Positions 46,947 to 56,832 of a stretch of DNA of 64,000 nucleotides are shown here, piece by piece. The position numbers and the translations under genes were made by a program. The notes under the pieces were generated by a model. The model was not told the DNA's origin, made no database searches, and worked only from the letters and a program-made list of their open reading frames with translations. This stretch comes from a candidate division WWE3 bacterium RIFOXYB1_FULL_43_24 (GTDB lineage Bacteria; Patescibacteriota; WWE3; UBA101185; UBA10185): positions 172-64,171 of the forward strand of contig MEVX01000003.1 of NCBI GenBank assembly GCA_001773135.1. Reading direction: 5' to 3'. Position 1 is the first letter of the stretch; the number at the start of each line of letters is the position of its first letter.

Positions 46947-47705
46947 TTACTTGGCAGTGTTGTAAAGGCCCATAATATCGTTCAGCCTTATCTTCAAAAC
47001 GTCAAGTCCCATTTTAACGGAATCACGGACGGGGCTTACCCGCGTGGTCTTAACGTGAGTCCAGACTATCGGAACTTGTTTGACATTATACCCCAGTTTC
47101 TTGGCTAAGTACAAAACCTCTACATCCCATGCTCCGGTGTATGGTTTGTCCAATTCTTTGGTGTTTTTACCGTAAACTTTCATTCTTCCGAAGATATCCT
47201 TGGCCACAGAACCCTTGAAAAGCTTAAATCCGCACTGGCTGTCTCTGATACCGGGCAAAGCAACAATTTGTATCATCAGGTTGAAAACCCTACCCATCGC
47301 GTGACGGTAAAAAGGTTCTCCCACCCTTTCGGCTCCTATTCCTTCTCTGGATGCGATTGCGATATCAAAGTTTTGATCGGTAATCCAAATAGCCAGCTTC
47401 TTTAGTTCCGTCATGGGAGCTGAAAGATCGGCGTCCGCCATATAAATAAGATCACCAACTGCCGTGTTCATTCCGGTCAAAACTGCAAAACCTTTTCCTT
47501 TATGTGGATTTCTTATCACTCTGACTTCGGGATTTTCCACCGCATACTCTTCCACTATAGAAGCAGTAGCGTCCTTGCTACCATCGTCGACTACGATAAT
47601 CTCAAAAGTGTCTGTAAAAGTTTTCATAAAATTAACGGCTTGTGTTAGTGATGAAGATATTTTGTCCGCCTCGTTGTATGCGGGTATAACTATTGAGTAA
47701 TTCAT
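46947..47705 (-). CDS. GT2, dolichyl-phosphate glucosyltransferase-like
   Basis: SIVIPAYNE, VDDGSKD, GKG.AV, DADL, DSQCGFK; likely ATG at 47705. Confidence 0.88.
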   Translation of the reverse strand: MNYSIVIPAYNEADKISSSLTQAVNFMKTFTDTFEIIVVDDGSKDATASIVEEYAVENPEVRVIRNPHKGKGFAVLTGMNTAVGDLIYMADADLSAPMTELKKLAIWITDQNFDIAIASREGIGAERVGEPFYRHAMGRVFNLMIQIVALPGIRDSQCGFKLFKGSVAKDIFGRMKVYGKNTKELDKPYTGAWDVEVLYLAKKLGYNVKQVPIVWTHVKTTRVSPVRDSVKMGLDVLKIRLNDIMGLYNTAK

Positions 47706-48823
47706 TTTTTGCCCTTCCAAATTATTTTACTATAAACAGTAAAATTCCATATCAGCCCGAATATTATACCAATTAAAAACGCCGTGTTTGAAACAAGTGC
47801 GGTATCACCGAATGTGCTGACCGCAAATCCTACAAGTTTTGAACGGACGAATATAGGTATGAACGAAGAAGTAATGTAAATAACAAACCCTAAAACTTTC
47901 TCTTTCACTCCCTCAATCTTTCGTTCGCCGAAAGACCAGTAGTTATTTAACAGGAACGTCACCATCATTGCAACAAACCCTGATGCCAGTGCAGCATTGC
48001 GGGAACTTAAAATACTGATTCTTAAAATATTAAATAGACTGGCGTCAACTATAAATCCTGCAACACCTACGAAAAGAAATTTGACGAAGCTTTTATTTTC
48101 GTTGTACCTGAGCAGGACGACAACTCTTAGCGAGTCCCTTAAATTGTTTTTTTCCATTTTGGAATCACCGCGGTCACGTAGTCCGAATTTTATCGGAACT
48201 TCCTTTATTTTTGCTCCCAATCTGTGCATTTTGAACAGGAGGTCAATCTTATAAGCGAATCCCTGAGAAAGTATTTTGTCCAATGACAGCCTGTCGACAA
48301 ATCCTTTAACACGTGAGGCTTTAAAACCGGAAGTGAAATCGTTTACATTAAAAATACCTAAAACTAGTTTTGAAAAAATGTTTCCGCCCACACTGAAAAA
48401 TTTCCTTTTAAAGGCCCATTCTTCCGGTATGCTTCCGCCCTTTGTAAATCTGGAACCTATTACGTAGTCATAACCATTATCTATTTCGTCGATAAGTCTC
48501 ACCATATCTTTTGGGTCGTGCTGGAAGTCTGCGTCCATCTCAACTATCACGTCGGCTTTCAGTTCGTTCATTGCTTCTCTGAAACCGTAAACGTACGCTG
48601 CACCTAAACCGGCCTTAACTTTTTCCATTAGTAAATGAACGTTCAGATTACTTTTCATCTTTTCACGGACTATGTTGGCTGTACCGTCGGGAGAATTTCC
48701 TTCAACAACCAGGATATGAAAATCGTGTTGAGGTCTTTTCAGAAACTCCTGCTGAAGAACATCTGTGAGCCTTCCTATATTTTCCGCCTCATTATAAGTA
48801 GGTATAACAATAACTATTTTCAT
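47702..48823 (-). CDS. GT2 DPM1-like polyprenol-phosphate sugar synthase fused to GtrA-like C-terminal domain
   Basis: IPTYNE, SPDGT, GLGAAY, MDADFQHDP, DFTSGFK; C-terminal KFLFVG..NNYWSF..WNF. Confidence 0.88.
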   Translation of the reverse strand: MKIVIVIPTYNEAENIGRLTDVLQQEFLKRPQHDFHILVVEGNSPDGTANIVREKMKSNLNVHLLMEKVKAGLGAAYVYGFREAMNELKADVIVEMDADFQHDPKDMVRLIDEIDNGYDYVIGSRFTKGGSIPEEWAFKRKFFSVGGNIFSKLVLGIFNVNDFTSGFKASRVKGFVDRLSLDKILSQGFAYKIDLLFKMHRLGAKIKEVPIKFGLRDRGDSKMEKNNLRDSLRVVVLLRYNENKSFVKFLFVGVAGFIVDASLFNILRISILSSRNAALASGFVAMMVTFLLNNYWSFGERKIEGVKEKVLGFVIYITSSFIPIFVRSKLVGFAVSTFGDTALVSNTAFLIGIIFGLIWNFTVYSKIIWKGKK

Positions 48824-48825
48824 AT

Positions 48826-49086
48826 TTAGAAATTCAGGACAGTATACATCAGGAAAAAGACAAGCGTACCGAACACTATATATTCGGCTGCTATAAATTT
48901 TGTCAGTCTTCCTTCAAGAGCATGGTGTAGTACACCCCAAATAATGTAAGCAAGTGAGGAAACGCCCGATAAAAATATCAAAACCCCGTGGTTGTATCTG
49001 AAATAGTAGAACAACAAACTTATTATTACTGCCAAGGTAGCCAACACCGCGTATTCAACTAAATGTGTGTCGCTTTTATCTTTCAT
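48826..49086 (-). CDS. Small membrane protein (3 TM)
   Basis: 86-aa hydrophobic ORF with YxxWGxxHH...EY, translationally coupled. Confidence 0.7.
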   Translation of the reverse strand: MKDKSDTHLVEYAVLATLAVIISLLFYYFRYNHGVLIFLSGVSSLAYIIWGVLHHALEGRLTKFIAAEYIVFGTLVFFLMYTVLNF

Positions 49087-50069
49087 AGAACTATTCCCGG
49101 TGTCAGAACAAACCAGATACTGGCAACCACAAGTATCAAAATCCCGAGGTGGGCAGCTGTATGGCCTGTAAACTTGTGAATTCCTCTCGTTTTTGAGTAC
49201 CAGACATCAAGCGCTAAAAGCGTTCCGACGAACCCGCCGAAAACAGCGCTCACCGTCTTAGTAGCCGTCGTTACGTCGATAGCAGGCTTCTCGGGGGCTA
49301 CAGGAGTGTAGACAGGCTCCGAAACAGCCTCGGGGACACCTTCGGCCTCAGGCTCCCTCTCCGACACCGCAGCAGTTGCAGAGGACTCTTTCTGCAGGAC
49401 TGTCTGCTCCTCGTAAACTGAAGCTACCTGAGCGGCATTTCTTGGCCTGCCGAACATCTGCACGACAAGGGTAGTCTCGTACCCCTCCATAACACCGTTT
49501 ACCACGGCAAATCCTATCTCATCGTAGTTCGGGCTCAGTAGGTTTTCTTTATGTGAGGAGGATTTCATCCACGCTTCAACCACGTCTCTCGAATTGTTAA
49601 AATTTTTCGCCAAATTCTCACCGGCATAAATGTAATCGTAGTTTTGTCCCAGAATAAAATCCCACGGTTCCGTACCGTCGGGTGAAATATGAGCCCAGTA
49701 CTGATCTTTGAACATATCCTCTGCTTTTTGGTGGGCAGCTGAAGTAAGCGCAGAATTTAGACGCAACTCAGATAGCCCCGCTTCTTTTCTTTTCACATTC
49801 GTATAAGTGAGGAGATCCTTTACGGCGATGTCTGAAGCATACCCAAGTACTCCGGGTACGATTTTGGGAAGAATCCTGAATATACCCGCGATAAGTAGCA
49901 TCGCGACGCAGTATACGATAACGGCCCTGTTTGAAAGTAGTGTCGCTCTTCTTTTTTCCTCCGGATGAGGTAAAAAGTGGTGCACAAACTGGAATTTTTC
50001 AATGGATTTAGGCTGTTGGCGCCAATCTTTTATAATATTCGACTTCTTTTTGCCTTTAAGTACGGACAT
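49083..50069 (-). CDS. CAP/SCP domain membrane-anchored protein
   Basis: TNVKR, AAHQKAEDM, YWAH, AGENLA, WMKSSSHKENLL; Pro/Glu linker and C-terminal TM helices. Confidence 0.85.
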   Translation of the reverse strand: MSVLKGKKKSNIIKDWRQQPKSIEKFQFVHHFLPHPEEKRRATLLSNRAVIVYCVAMLLIAGIFRILPKIVPGVLGYASDIAVKDLLTYTNVKRKEAGLSELRLNSALTSAAHQKAEDMFKDQYWAHISPDGTEPWDFILGQNYDYIYAGENLAKNFNNSRDVVEAWMKSSSHKENLLSPNYDEIGFAVVNGVMEGYETTLVVQMFGRPRNAAQVASVYEEQTVLQKESSATAAVSEREPEAEGVPEAVSEPVYTPVAPEKPAIDVTTATKTVSAVFGGFVGTLLALDVWYSKTRGIHKFTGHTAAHLGILILVVASIWFVLTPGIVL

Positions 50070-50133
50070 CAAAGAAATTATATCCCAAAGACGGGAAAAG
50101 GACTAGAAAAGAGGGGTGTTACAAGGATGACAG

Positions 50134-50748
50134 CTACAGATACTTCTTCACTTCTTCAAAAACTTCTTCGGGAGAACCCGAACCGTCTATTTCAATAAGA
50201 ACGCCCTGGGAACGGAATTTTTCTATCTGCTCACCTGTTTCGTTGGCGAATATCCCGAGTCTTTTTAATATAGCCTCTTCTTTATCGTCGTCTCTTTGTT
50301 TGAGCGCGCCTCCGCACTTATCGCAAACACCTTCTACTTTCGGGGGCTTTGACACCACGTTATAAACAGCACCGCACGACTCGCATGTTCTTCTGGTGGA
50401 AAGTCTCATTAACGATATCTCACGTGGAATGTTAATTAAAAACACCTTATCGTAATTCGGGTCAAAAAATACCAGGTCCTCAGTTGTCCTGCCCCAGCCA
50501 TCCATAATGTAACCTTTTTCAAAACCGGGGGAGGCAACCGCTTCTTTTAATATTTCGGCAACTTTATCCTGAGGTGCAAGTCGTCCTGCCACAAGAGCAT
50601 CGTTGATTTCTTTGTACCACGGGTGTTCGGGTGCGAGGTCGCGTAAAGCCTGCCCTACGGAGATTAAAGGCAAACTCAGGTATTTACTCAACATTTCTCC
50701 TTGTGTACCTTTCCCTGACCCCACAGGGCCCATTAACAGTATCTTCAT
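50134..50748 (-). CDS. adk: Adenylate kinase with zinc lid
   Basis: GPVGSGKGTQ, CESC..CDKC lid, QRDDD. Confidence 0.9.
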   Translation of the reverse strand: MKILLMGPVGSGKGTQGEMLSKYLSLPLISVGQALRDLAPEHPWYKEINDALVAGRLAPQDKVAEILKEAVASPGFEKGYIMDGWGRTTEDLVFFDPNYDKVFLINIPREISLMRLSTRRTCESCGAVYNVVSKPPKVEGVCDKCGGALKQRDDDKEEAILKRLGIFANETGEQIEKFRSQGVLIEIDGSGSPEEVFEEVKKYL

Positions 50749-50756
50749 AGTGAGGT

Positions 50757-51023
50757 TTAGAGCCCGGGGAGACCGAGATCCTGTAACTGTCCTCTCATTT
50801 GTTTCTCAACTTTTTTATCAACATCCTTGAAAGCATCATTTAATAATTCCCTCAAAAGCTTATCGTCCTCACCATCAATTTCAAGTTTCTCGATTCTTTT
50901 GTCGCCTCTTATAACAATTCTTAATCTACCCTTTTCCGAAGTTACAAAAATATTCTCCATTTGTTTTTTAATATCGGATTGGGTTTTTCTTAATTTATTT
51001 ATGTCTTTTAATTTATCGAACAT
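50757..51023 (-). CDS. YbaB/EbfC-like nucleoid-associated protein
   Basis: 88 aa, coiled-coil/beta/coiled-coil pattern ending LGLPGL; AAGGAGG SD. Confidence 0.65.
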   Translation of the reverse strand: MFDKLKDINKLRKTQSDIKKQMENIFVTSEKGRLRIVIRGDKRIEKLEIDGEDDKLLRELLNDAFKDVDKKVEKQMRGQLQDLGLPGL

Positions 51024-51034
51024 TATTAACCTCC

Positions 51035-52291
51035 TTAGAACAAAAACTTGTCGTAGCTTCTTGTTACCATTAAAGATTCTGTCTGTCTAATTGTTTCGAG
51101 GACAACGGACACTACGATGAGTAAGCTTGTGCCTCCAACGGTCATGGCGGTAGTTCCGGCAGCCCCCTGAAAAAAGTACGGGAGTATGGCTATTAAGCCC
51201 AAAAAGACTGCACCCGCCAGAGTAATTCTGTTAACAACACTTTTGAGATAACGCGCGGTACCCATACCCGGTCTGATTCCCGGAATAAAACCTCCCCGCT
51301 TTTTTACATCATCCGCAATCTTTTGGGGATTGAATTGAATACCTGTGTAAAAAAAGGTGAATGCGACGACCAACAAGAAATATAAAATGTTGTAAGCAAT
51401 ATCGTTTTGGCCAAAATTGACCGACAAGAATGTTCCTATGCTTTGCAAAGTTCCATTACTTGAACTCGTCAGCGGTCCTGCCAGAAGGGAAGGTACCATG
51501 ACCACTGAAACAGCAAAAATTATAGGTATGACACCGGCCTGATTGATCTTAAGCGGAAGGTAGTTGGTGACCTTCTGGCTTCTGGTGCCTGTTCTACCGT
51601 ATTCGATGACGATGTTTCTGGTACCTTCGTTAACCAGTACCACGCTGGCAACAATTACCACCGCCAGGACAGCGAACAAAATAGCACTGAAAAATGTTTC
51701 GGCTGTAAGTGTGGCTATGTATGAGTATATCTGTTGAGGAAATCTGCTTATTATTCCCACAAAAATTAAAAGCGAAACTCCATTACCCACGCCTCGTTCT
51801 GTGACAAGATCGCCAAGCCAAACAAGAAACATTGCTCCCGCTGACATCGTAACTATTAAGACCAGAAGATCGATGGAATTTAGAATCGGGATAGCACCTT
51901 GTTTATTTAATAGAAAATATATTCCGTAAGCCTGGATCAGCGTCATCGGAACACTAAGATATTTTGTGTAAAGGTTTATTTTTTCTCTACCGTACTCACC
52001 TTCTTTAGCCATCTCTTCGAGTGAAGGCACCATCACAGTCAAGAGTTGCATGATGATAGACGCGTTAATGTACGGCCCCAACCCGAGGGTAACAATTGAA
52101 AAGTTTTGAAAACCACCACCACTGAAAAGATCGAACATACCGAATAGTGCGTTGCCGGATAAAAATGACCTGATGGTAGCGACATCGACGCCCGGAACAG
52201 GGACATGCGCCAAAAATCTGAATATTACAATGATTGAAAGGGTAAAAATAATTTTTCTTCTTACTTCAGGGTATCTGAATAGTTTAATCAT
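51035..52291 (-). CDS. secY: Preprotein translocase SecY
   Basis: [40 protein letters not shown]. Confidence 0.97.
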   Translation of the reverse strand: MIKLFRYPEVRRKIIFTLSIIVIFRFLAHVPVPGVDVATIRSFLSGNALFGMFDLFSGGGFQNFSIVTLGLGPYINASIIMQLLTVMVPSLEEMAKEGEYGREKINLYTKYLSVPMTLIQAYGIYFLLNKQGAIPILNSIDLLVLIVTMSAGAMFLVWLGDLVTERGVGNGVSLLIFVGIISRFPQQIYSYIATLTAETFFSAILFAVLAVVIVASVVLVNEGTRNIVIEYGRTGTRSQKVTNYLPLKINQAGVIPIIFAVSVVMVPSLLAGPLTSSSNGTLQSIGTFLSVNFGQNDIAYNILYFLLVVAFTFFYTGIQFNPQKIADDVKKRGGFIPGIRPGMGTARYLKSVVNRITLAGAVFLGLIAILPYFFQGAAGTTAMTVGGTSLLIVVSVVLETIRQTESLMVTRSYDKFLF

Positions 52292-52721
52292 TTAGGGTAG
52301 AGCCCGATTTTTTTGCTTCCTCAAGTGCTCCTTTAGAATAAGTGAACCCCTTAAGGATCAGTTTCTTTTTAAGGCTTCCTCCACCAATGATTTTAACACC
52401 CTGGCGTGTGATAGTTCTAATTATTCTTTTTTTCAGGAGAACTTCGGGAGTTACTTCAGTACCTTCGTCAAACTTGTTCAATTCTTCCAGTCTTATACCT
52501 ACAGCCTTTTTTAGAGACTTGAAACCGCCAAGCTGTGGTAATCTTTTATAAAGGGGCACCTGCCCTCCTTCAAATCCTACCGACAGGCTATGACCGGTTC
52601 TGGATAACTGACCCTTCATTCCTCTTCCGACTGTGTGGCCACCTTTACCTGAACCGTAACCACGTCCCAATCTTTTTTTGCTTCTTTTTGTTTTTAAAGA
52701 TACTAAGTTAGATAAATCCAT
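52284..52721 (-). CDS. rplO: 50S ribosomal protein uL15
   Basis: [23 protein letters not shown]. Confidence 0.96.
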   Translation of the reverse strand: MDLSNLVSLKTKRSKKRLGRGYGSGKGGHTVGRGMKGQLSRTGHSLSVGFEGGQVPLYKRLPQLGGFKSLKKAVGIRLEELNKFDEGTEVTPEVLLKKRIIRTITRQGVKIIGGGSLKKKLILKGFTYSKGALEEAKKSGSTLND

Positions 52722-52725
52722 ATAA

Positions 52726-53184
52726 TTATCCTTTTAATTTCTTCAGGGCTTTTAAAGTACATCTCACATTACTTATCTTATTGTTTGACCCGATCATTTT
52801 TGCCGAGATGTCTTTTATTCCTGCTAATTCCAAAACAGCTCTTACTGCGCCGCCCGCAATTACTCCGGTACCTTTAGGAGCCGGCTTTAAGAAAACCTTG
52901 GCTGACTCGTACTTTGCTGTGACTTCGTGAGCTATAGTTGGGCCGCTTAATTTTATTTCCACCATCGATTTCTTTGCCTTACCCATTGCTTTGTTTATAG
53001 AAGTCGCGACGTCAGGTGCTTTTCCATAACCTACGCCGACCCTACCGTTATGATTTCCCACAACAGCAAGTACTGCGAAAGCAATTGTGTTGCCTCCTTT
53101 GGTCTTTTTGGAAACTCTTCTGATTTCCAAAACCTTCTCTTCTATTTCATCGAATTTCGCTGTGTTTACATCTGCGGTTATCAT
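52726..53184 (-). CDS. rpsE: 30S ribosomal protein uS5
   Basis: RVSKKTKGG, PAPKGTGVIAGG. Confidence 0.97.
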   Translation of the reverse strand: MITADVNTAKFDEIEEKVLEIRRVSKKTKGGNTIAFAVLAVVGNHNGRVGVGYGKAPDVATSINKAMGKAKKSMVEIKLSGPTIAHEVTAKYESAKVFLKPAPKGTGVIAGGAVRAVLELAGIKDISAKMIGSNNKISNVRCTLKALKKLKG

Positions 53185-53540
53185 AGTTTTAAGCCACCTT
53201 CCCTGGCTCCGTCAGCTAAAGCTTTTACTCTTCCGTGAAATCTGAATCCATTCCTGTCAAACACCGCTTCTTTTATTTTATGTTCTGTAGCTTTTGCAGC
53301 TAAAGCTTTTCCTGCTTCGAATGCGATTTCCGTCTTGGTTTTTCCTTTTACCTTTTTTTCAACTTCTACAGACACGGAGGCAATAGTATGTCCCTTAACG
53401 TCATCAATAAGCTGGGCGTAAATGTGCTTGTTAGTTCTAAAGACTGAGATTCTTGGAATCTTTCCGGTTCCTGAGATCTTTTTCCTAACTCTCAATTTTC
53501 GTCTTTCAATATTTGTTTTTCTTAAATTTACTTTATACAT
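53181..53540 (-). CDS. rplR: 50S ribosomal protein uL18
   Basis: HIYAQLIDD, FDRNGFRFHGRVKALADGARE. Confidence 0.97.
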   Translation of the reverse strand: MYKVNLRKTNIERRKLRVRKKISGTGKIPRISVFRTNKHIYAQLIDDVKGHTIASVSVEVEKKVKGKTKTEIAFEAGKALAAKATEHKIKEAVFDRNGFRFHGRVKALADGAREGGLKL

Positions 53541-53547
53541 ATATCTA

Positions 53548-54096
53548 CTACTTGGCGGATTTCGCTGCCTTTCCCGCTTTCCTTCTAATTTTCTCGCCAG
53601 CGTATTTTATTCCCTTACCCTTATAGGGTTCCGGTTTTCTTAGTTTTCTAATCTTAGCAGCTGTTAATCCTACCAGATCCTTATCTATTCCTCTAACTGT
53701 TAAGGTTTGGTTTTCCCCTACTTCGAATTTTATGCCTTCCGGAGCTTTAATTTTCACCGGGTGGGAAAAGCCCAAAGTAAGCGAAATCATGTCGGGAGCT
53801 TCTTGCTTAACTCTGTACCCTACTCCGATAAGTTCGAGGTTCTTATTAAATCCTTCGGTAACACCTTCCACCATATTGGCAATCAAAGACCTAGTCATTC
53901 CCCAAAATGCGCCGGACTGCTTCGTGTCTAGGGCTATAGAAACCTTTGCCTCGTCGCCCTCAACCGCTACCGCTATTTCAGGCCTTACATTAAGTTTGAG
54001 TTCACCCTTAGGTCCCTTCACGGTAACCAGTGAGTCTTTGATCTCAAGTGTGACCCCTGCGGGTATTTTTACAGGTAGCTTTCCTAATCGGCTCAT
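53548..54096 (-). CDS. rplF: 50S ribosomal protein uL6
   Basis: MSRLGK start, VKGPKG, PEPYKGKGI. Confidence 0.97.
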   Translation of the reverse strand: MSRLGKLPVKIPAGVTLEIKDSLVTVKGPKGELKLNVRPEIAVAVEGDEAKVSIALDTKQSGAFWGMTRSLIANMVEGVTEGFNKNLELIGVGYRVKQEAPDMISLTLGFSHPVKIKAPEGIKFEVGENQTLTVRGIDKDLVGLTAAKIRKLRKPEPYKGKGIKYAGEKIRRKAGKAAKSAK

Positions 54097-54097
54097 A

Positions 54098-54496
54098 TTA
54101 ATAAACCTCGCAAATAATCTCTCCTCCAATTTTTTTCTTTCTGGCCTCGGTAGAACTCATGATACCTTTTGATGTCGAGACGACCATAACACCGAAACCT
54201 CTTTTAAAAGTACCTATTTCATCGGCTCCTCTGTATATCCTTCTTCCGGGTTTCGATACTCTTCTTGCTTCGGTAAGAACAAAAACGTTCTCGTCTTTTG
54301 CCAGCTCTATGTGTAATCTCTTTACGGTTGTCTTTTCAGGTTTAAACACCTTAACACTTTCCAGGAAACCTTTCTCTTTTAAGACCTTGGCTACTTCCTC
54401 ACACTCTCTGGAATACCTTGTTTCCACAACTTTCTTACCCGCCATCGAGGCGTTTTTTAAAGAACTTAACATGTTAGATAATCTGTCCATCGACAT
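54098..54496 (-). CDS. rpsH: 30S ribosomal protein uS8
   Basis: VSKPGRRIY, STSKGIM, GGEIIC. Confidence 0.96.
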   Translation of the reverse strand: MSMDRLSNMLSSLKNASMAGKKVVETRYSRECEEVAKVLKEKGFLESVKVFKPEKTTVKRLHIELAKDENVFVLTEARRVSKPGRRIYRGADEIGTFKRGFGVMVVSTSKGIMSSTEARKKKIGGEIICEVY

Positions 54497-54501
54497 AGAA
54501 G

Positions 54502-54687
54502 TTACCAGCTAGCCTTTCTTATTCCGGGTAACACGCCTGAGTGAGCGAGTTCCCTAAAACACTTCCTGCACATTTTAAATCTTCTGTAATACCCTCTGGG
54601 GTTTCCACATAACGGGCATCTGTGGTAAGCCCTGCTACTGAATTTTGCTTCTCTTTTTTGTTTTGCAATTAAAGATTTTTTAGCCAT
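54502..54687 (-). CDS. rpsN: 30S ribosomal protein uS14, zinc-binding 61-aa type
   Basis: [28 protein letters not shown]. Confidence 0.96.
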   Translation of the reverse strand: MAKKSLIAKQKREAKFSSRAYHRCPLCGNPRGYYRRFKMCRKCFRELAHSGVLPGIRKASW

Positions 54688-54688
54688 A

Positions 54689-55234
54689 TTAATCGTCCTT
54701 CCTAAACGGCATCCCCAAACCTGCAAGTAAATATTTGTTATGTTCGACATCTTTTGTGCTGAAAACCACGGTGATCTGCATACTTCTCAAACCTTTTGTG
54801 GTGTTTGGGTTAACTTCCGGGAAAATAACATGTTCTCTAATGCCAAGGGAATAATTTCCATTGCCATCGAAGGACGTGTCCTCTAACCCTCTGAAGTCTC
54901 TAACCCTGGGTATCGCAATATTGATTAATTTATCAAGAAACGCCCACATTCTCTCGCCCCTCAGAGTTACTGAGTAACCCACTATATCACCTTGTCTTAT
55001 CTTAAATCCAGCTACTGATTGGCGGGCCTTTCTGGGGAAAGCTTTTTGTCCGGCTAAAGATGAAAGTTCCTCCAGGAATGAGTCCAAAGCTTCTCTGTTT
55101 TCTCTAAAAGGACCAACACCGGCGTTTATTGAAACCTTCAATACTTTTGGCAAAGCCATGATGTTAGAAATTTTTAGTTCTTTCATCATCTTTGGCGCTA
55201 TTTCTTTAATGTATTTTTCTCTAAGTCTGTTCAT
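54689..55234 (-). CDS. rplE: 50S ribosomal protein uL5
   Basis: [24 protein letters not shown]. Confidence 0.97.
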   Translation of the reverse strand: MNRLREKYIKEIAPKMMKELKISNIMALPKVLKVSINAGVGPFRENREALDSFLEELSSLAGQKAFPRKARQSVAGFKIRQGDIVGYSVTLRGERMWAFLDKLINIAIPRVRDFRGLEDTSFDGNGNYSLGIREHVIFPEVNPNTTKGLRSMQITVVFSTKDVEHNKYLLAGLGMPFRKDD

Positions 55235-55554
55235 TTGCTTTTTTTAATTTCAATAACCTCACCTGACTTTTTATTTACTCTGTATTTCTTGCCGTCAATT
55301 ATTTTGTAACCGACTCTAATCGGGTCTCCGGACTTCTGGTCAATCAACATAACATTGGAGACATTTACCGGCTTCTCCATGCTTATAATTCCGCCCTCTT
55401 TTGAAACTTTGCCGGGTTTTACAGCTTTCTTTATTATGTTCACGCCTTCTACGACAACTTTTCCTTTGGCGGGGAACACCTTCAACACTTTTCCGGTTTT
55501 ACCCTTGTCTTTTCCTGCTATTACTTTTACTTTGTCGTCCTTTTTTATTTTCAT
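55231..55554 (-). CDS. rplX: 50S ribosomal protein uL24
   Basis: [27 protein letters not shown]. Confidence 0.96.
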   Translation of the reverse strand: MKIKKDDKVKVIAGKDKGKTGKVLKVFPAKGKVVVEGVNIIKKAVKPGKVSKEGGIISMEKPVNVSNVMLIDQKSGDPIRVGYKIIDGKKYRVNKKSGEVIEIKKSK

Positions 55555-55558
55555 ATGC

Positions 55559-55924
55559 TTACCAAACTTCCTTAGCCAAAGATACAATCTTCAAAAGTCC
55601 TCTATCTCTGATTTCTCTTGCAATGGGACCGAAGATACGTGTACCAATCAGGTTCCTATCTTTGTCTACAACCACTGCTGCATTGTCATCGAATCTAATA
55701 TAACTTCCGTCTTTTCTTCTGACCTCTTTTTTAGTTCTCACTACAATGGCTTTCACAACAGTGTGGTCTTTTACCGCACCTGCGGAATCGGCACCTTTTA
55801 CTACTGCAGTTACCAGATCACCTATCCTAGCAACGGTTTTTCTTGACCCTGGAATGCCAATTATCTTTAACTTCTTGGCTCCTGAGTTATCCGCTAGATT
55901 TACTGTAGTACCGATCTGTAACAT
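55559..55924 (-). CDS. rplN: 50S ribosomal protein uL14
   Basis: [23 protein letters not shown]. Confidence 0.97.
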   Translation of the reverse strand: MLQIGTTVNLADNSGAKKLKIIGIPGSRKTVARIGDLVTAVVKGADSAGAVKDHTVVKAIVVRTKKEVRRKDGSYIRFDDNAAVVVDKDRNLIGTRIFGPIAREIRDRGLLKIVSLAKEVW

Positions 55925-55925
55925 C

Positions 55926-56204
55926 TTATTTCTCCTTAGTGCCCTTTCCTTCCGGCTGTTTGACTACTTCTATAACTTTCCATGTGACTTCTTTACTGAA
56001 AGGAGCGCATTCCTCAACTATGACTTCGTCTCCCAAAGAAACTCCCATCTCATCTCTGACTTTTAATCTCTTATTTGTCTTTACAGGTTTACTGTATAAA
56101 GGGTGTCTGGTAGAAATATCTATTTTCACCACAACAGTTTTCTGCATTTTAGTAGAGACAACTTTTCCTTTTATTTTTCTTGCACTAGTAGTTTTTTCTG
56201 TCAT
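55926..56204 (-). CDS. rpsQ: 30S ribosomal protein uS17
   Basis: GKVVSTKMQKTVVV, HPLYSK, GDEVIVEECAPFSK. Confidence 0.95.
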   Translation of the reverse strand: MTEKTTSARKIKGKVVSTKMQKTVVVKIDISTRHPLYSKPVKTNKRLKVRDEMGVSLGDEVIVEECAPFSKEVTWKVIEVVKQPEGKGTKEK

Positions 56205-56205
56205 A

Positions 56206-56418
56206 TTACCCCTCAAGCTTTTCAGCGCTTAAAATTTTCTTCTCATTTAAAACAGTAAGTATTCTGGACATGTCTTTTCTGAGCAATCCCGCCTTTTTAA
56301 CATTTTTCTCCTTACCCTGTAAAGTGTTTAACGAAACTTCCCTTATTTCCTTCTCCAGGTTTTTCTTTGCGTCTAAAAGTTCCTGTTCATTTTTTTGTCT
56401 TAGTTCTTTTGCGTTCAT
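56206..56418 (-). CDS. rpmC: 50S ribosomal protein uL29
   Basis: AKELR, RKDMSRILTVLNEK; canonical position. Confidence 0.92.
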   Translation of the reverse strand: MNAKELRQKNEQELLDAKKNLEKEIREVSLNTLQGKEKNVKKAGLLRKDMSRILTVLNEKKILSAEKLEG

Positions 56419-56422
56419 ATGT

Positions 56423-56830
56423 TTATTCCTTAGATACAAACTTCATTTTAATAGGAAGTTTAGCGGAAGCTTTCCTAAAAGCGTGTTTAGCCAAATCTCT
56501 TGTAACGCCGCCAATTTCAAATACTACCTTTCCGGGTTTTATAACAGCTGCGTAGTGATCGGTATTTGCCTTACCGCTTCCCATCCTTGTTTCTGCAGGC
56601 TTAGCCACAACAGGCTTATCAGGGAAAACCCTAATCCATAGCTTGCCTCCTCTTTTAGTCTCGTGCATTACAGCCTTTCTTGCAGCTTCTATCTGTCTCG
56701 AAGTCAAAAGTCCCCTGTCAGCAGCTTTCAAAGCATAATCGCCGTAAACGATCTTAGATCCTCTGACAGCAATACCCTTGTTGTTGCCTCGTTGCTGTTT
56801 TCTAAATTTTACTTTCTTCGGCATCAACAT
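56423..56830 (-). CDS. rplP: 50S ribosomal protein uL16
   Basis: MLMPKKVKFRKQ, WIRVFPDKP, RMGSGK. Confidence 0.97.
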   Translation of the reverse strand: MLMPKKVKFRKQQRGNNKGIAVRGSKIVYGDYALKAADRGLLTSRQIEAARKAVMHETKRGGKLWIRVFPDKPVVAKPAETRMGSGKANTDHYAAVIKPGKVVFEIGGVTRDLAKHAFRKASAKLPIKMKFVSKE

Positions 56831-56832
56831 AG

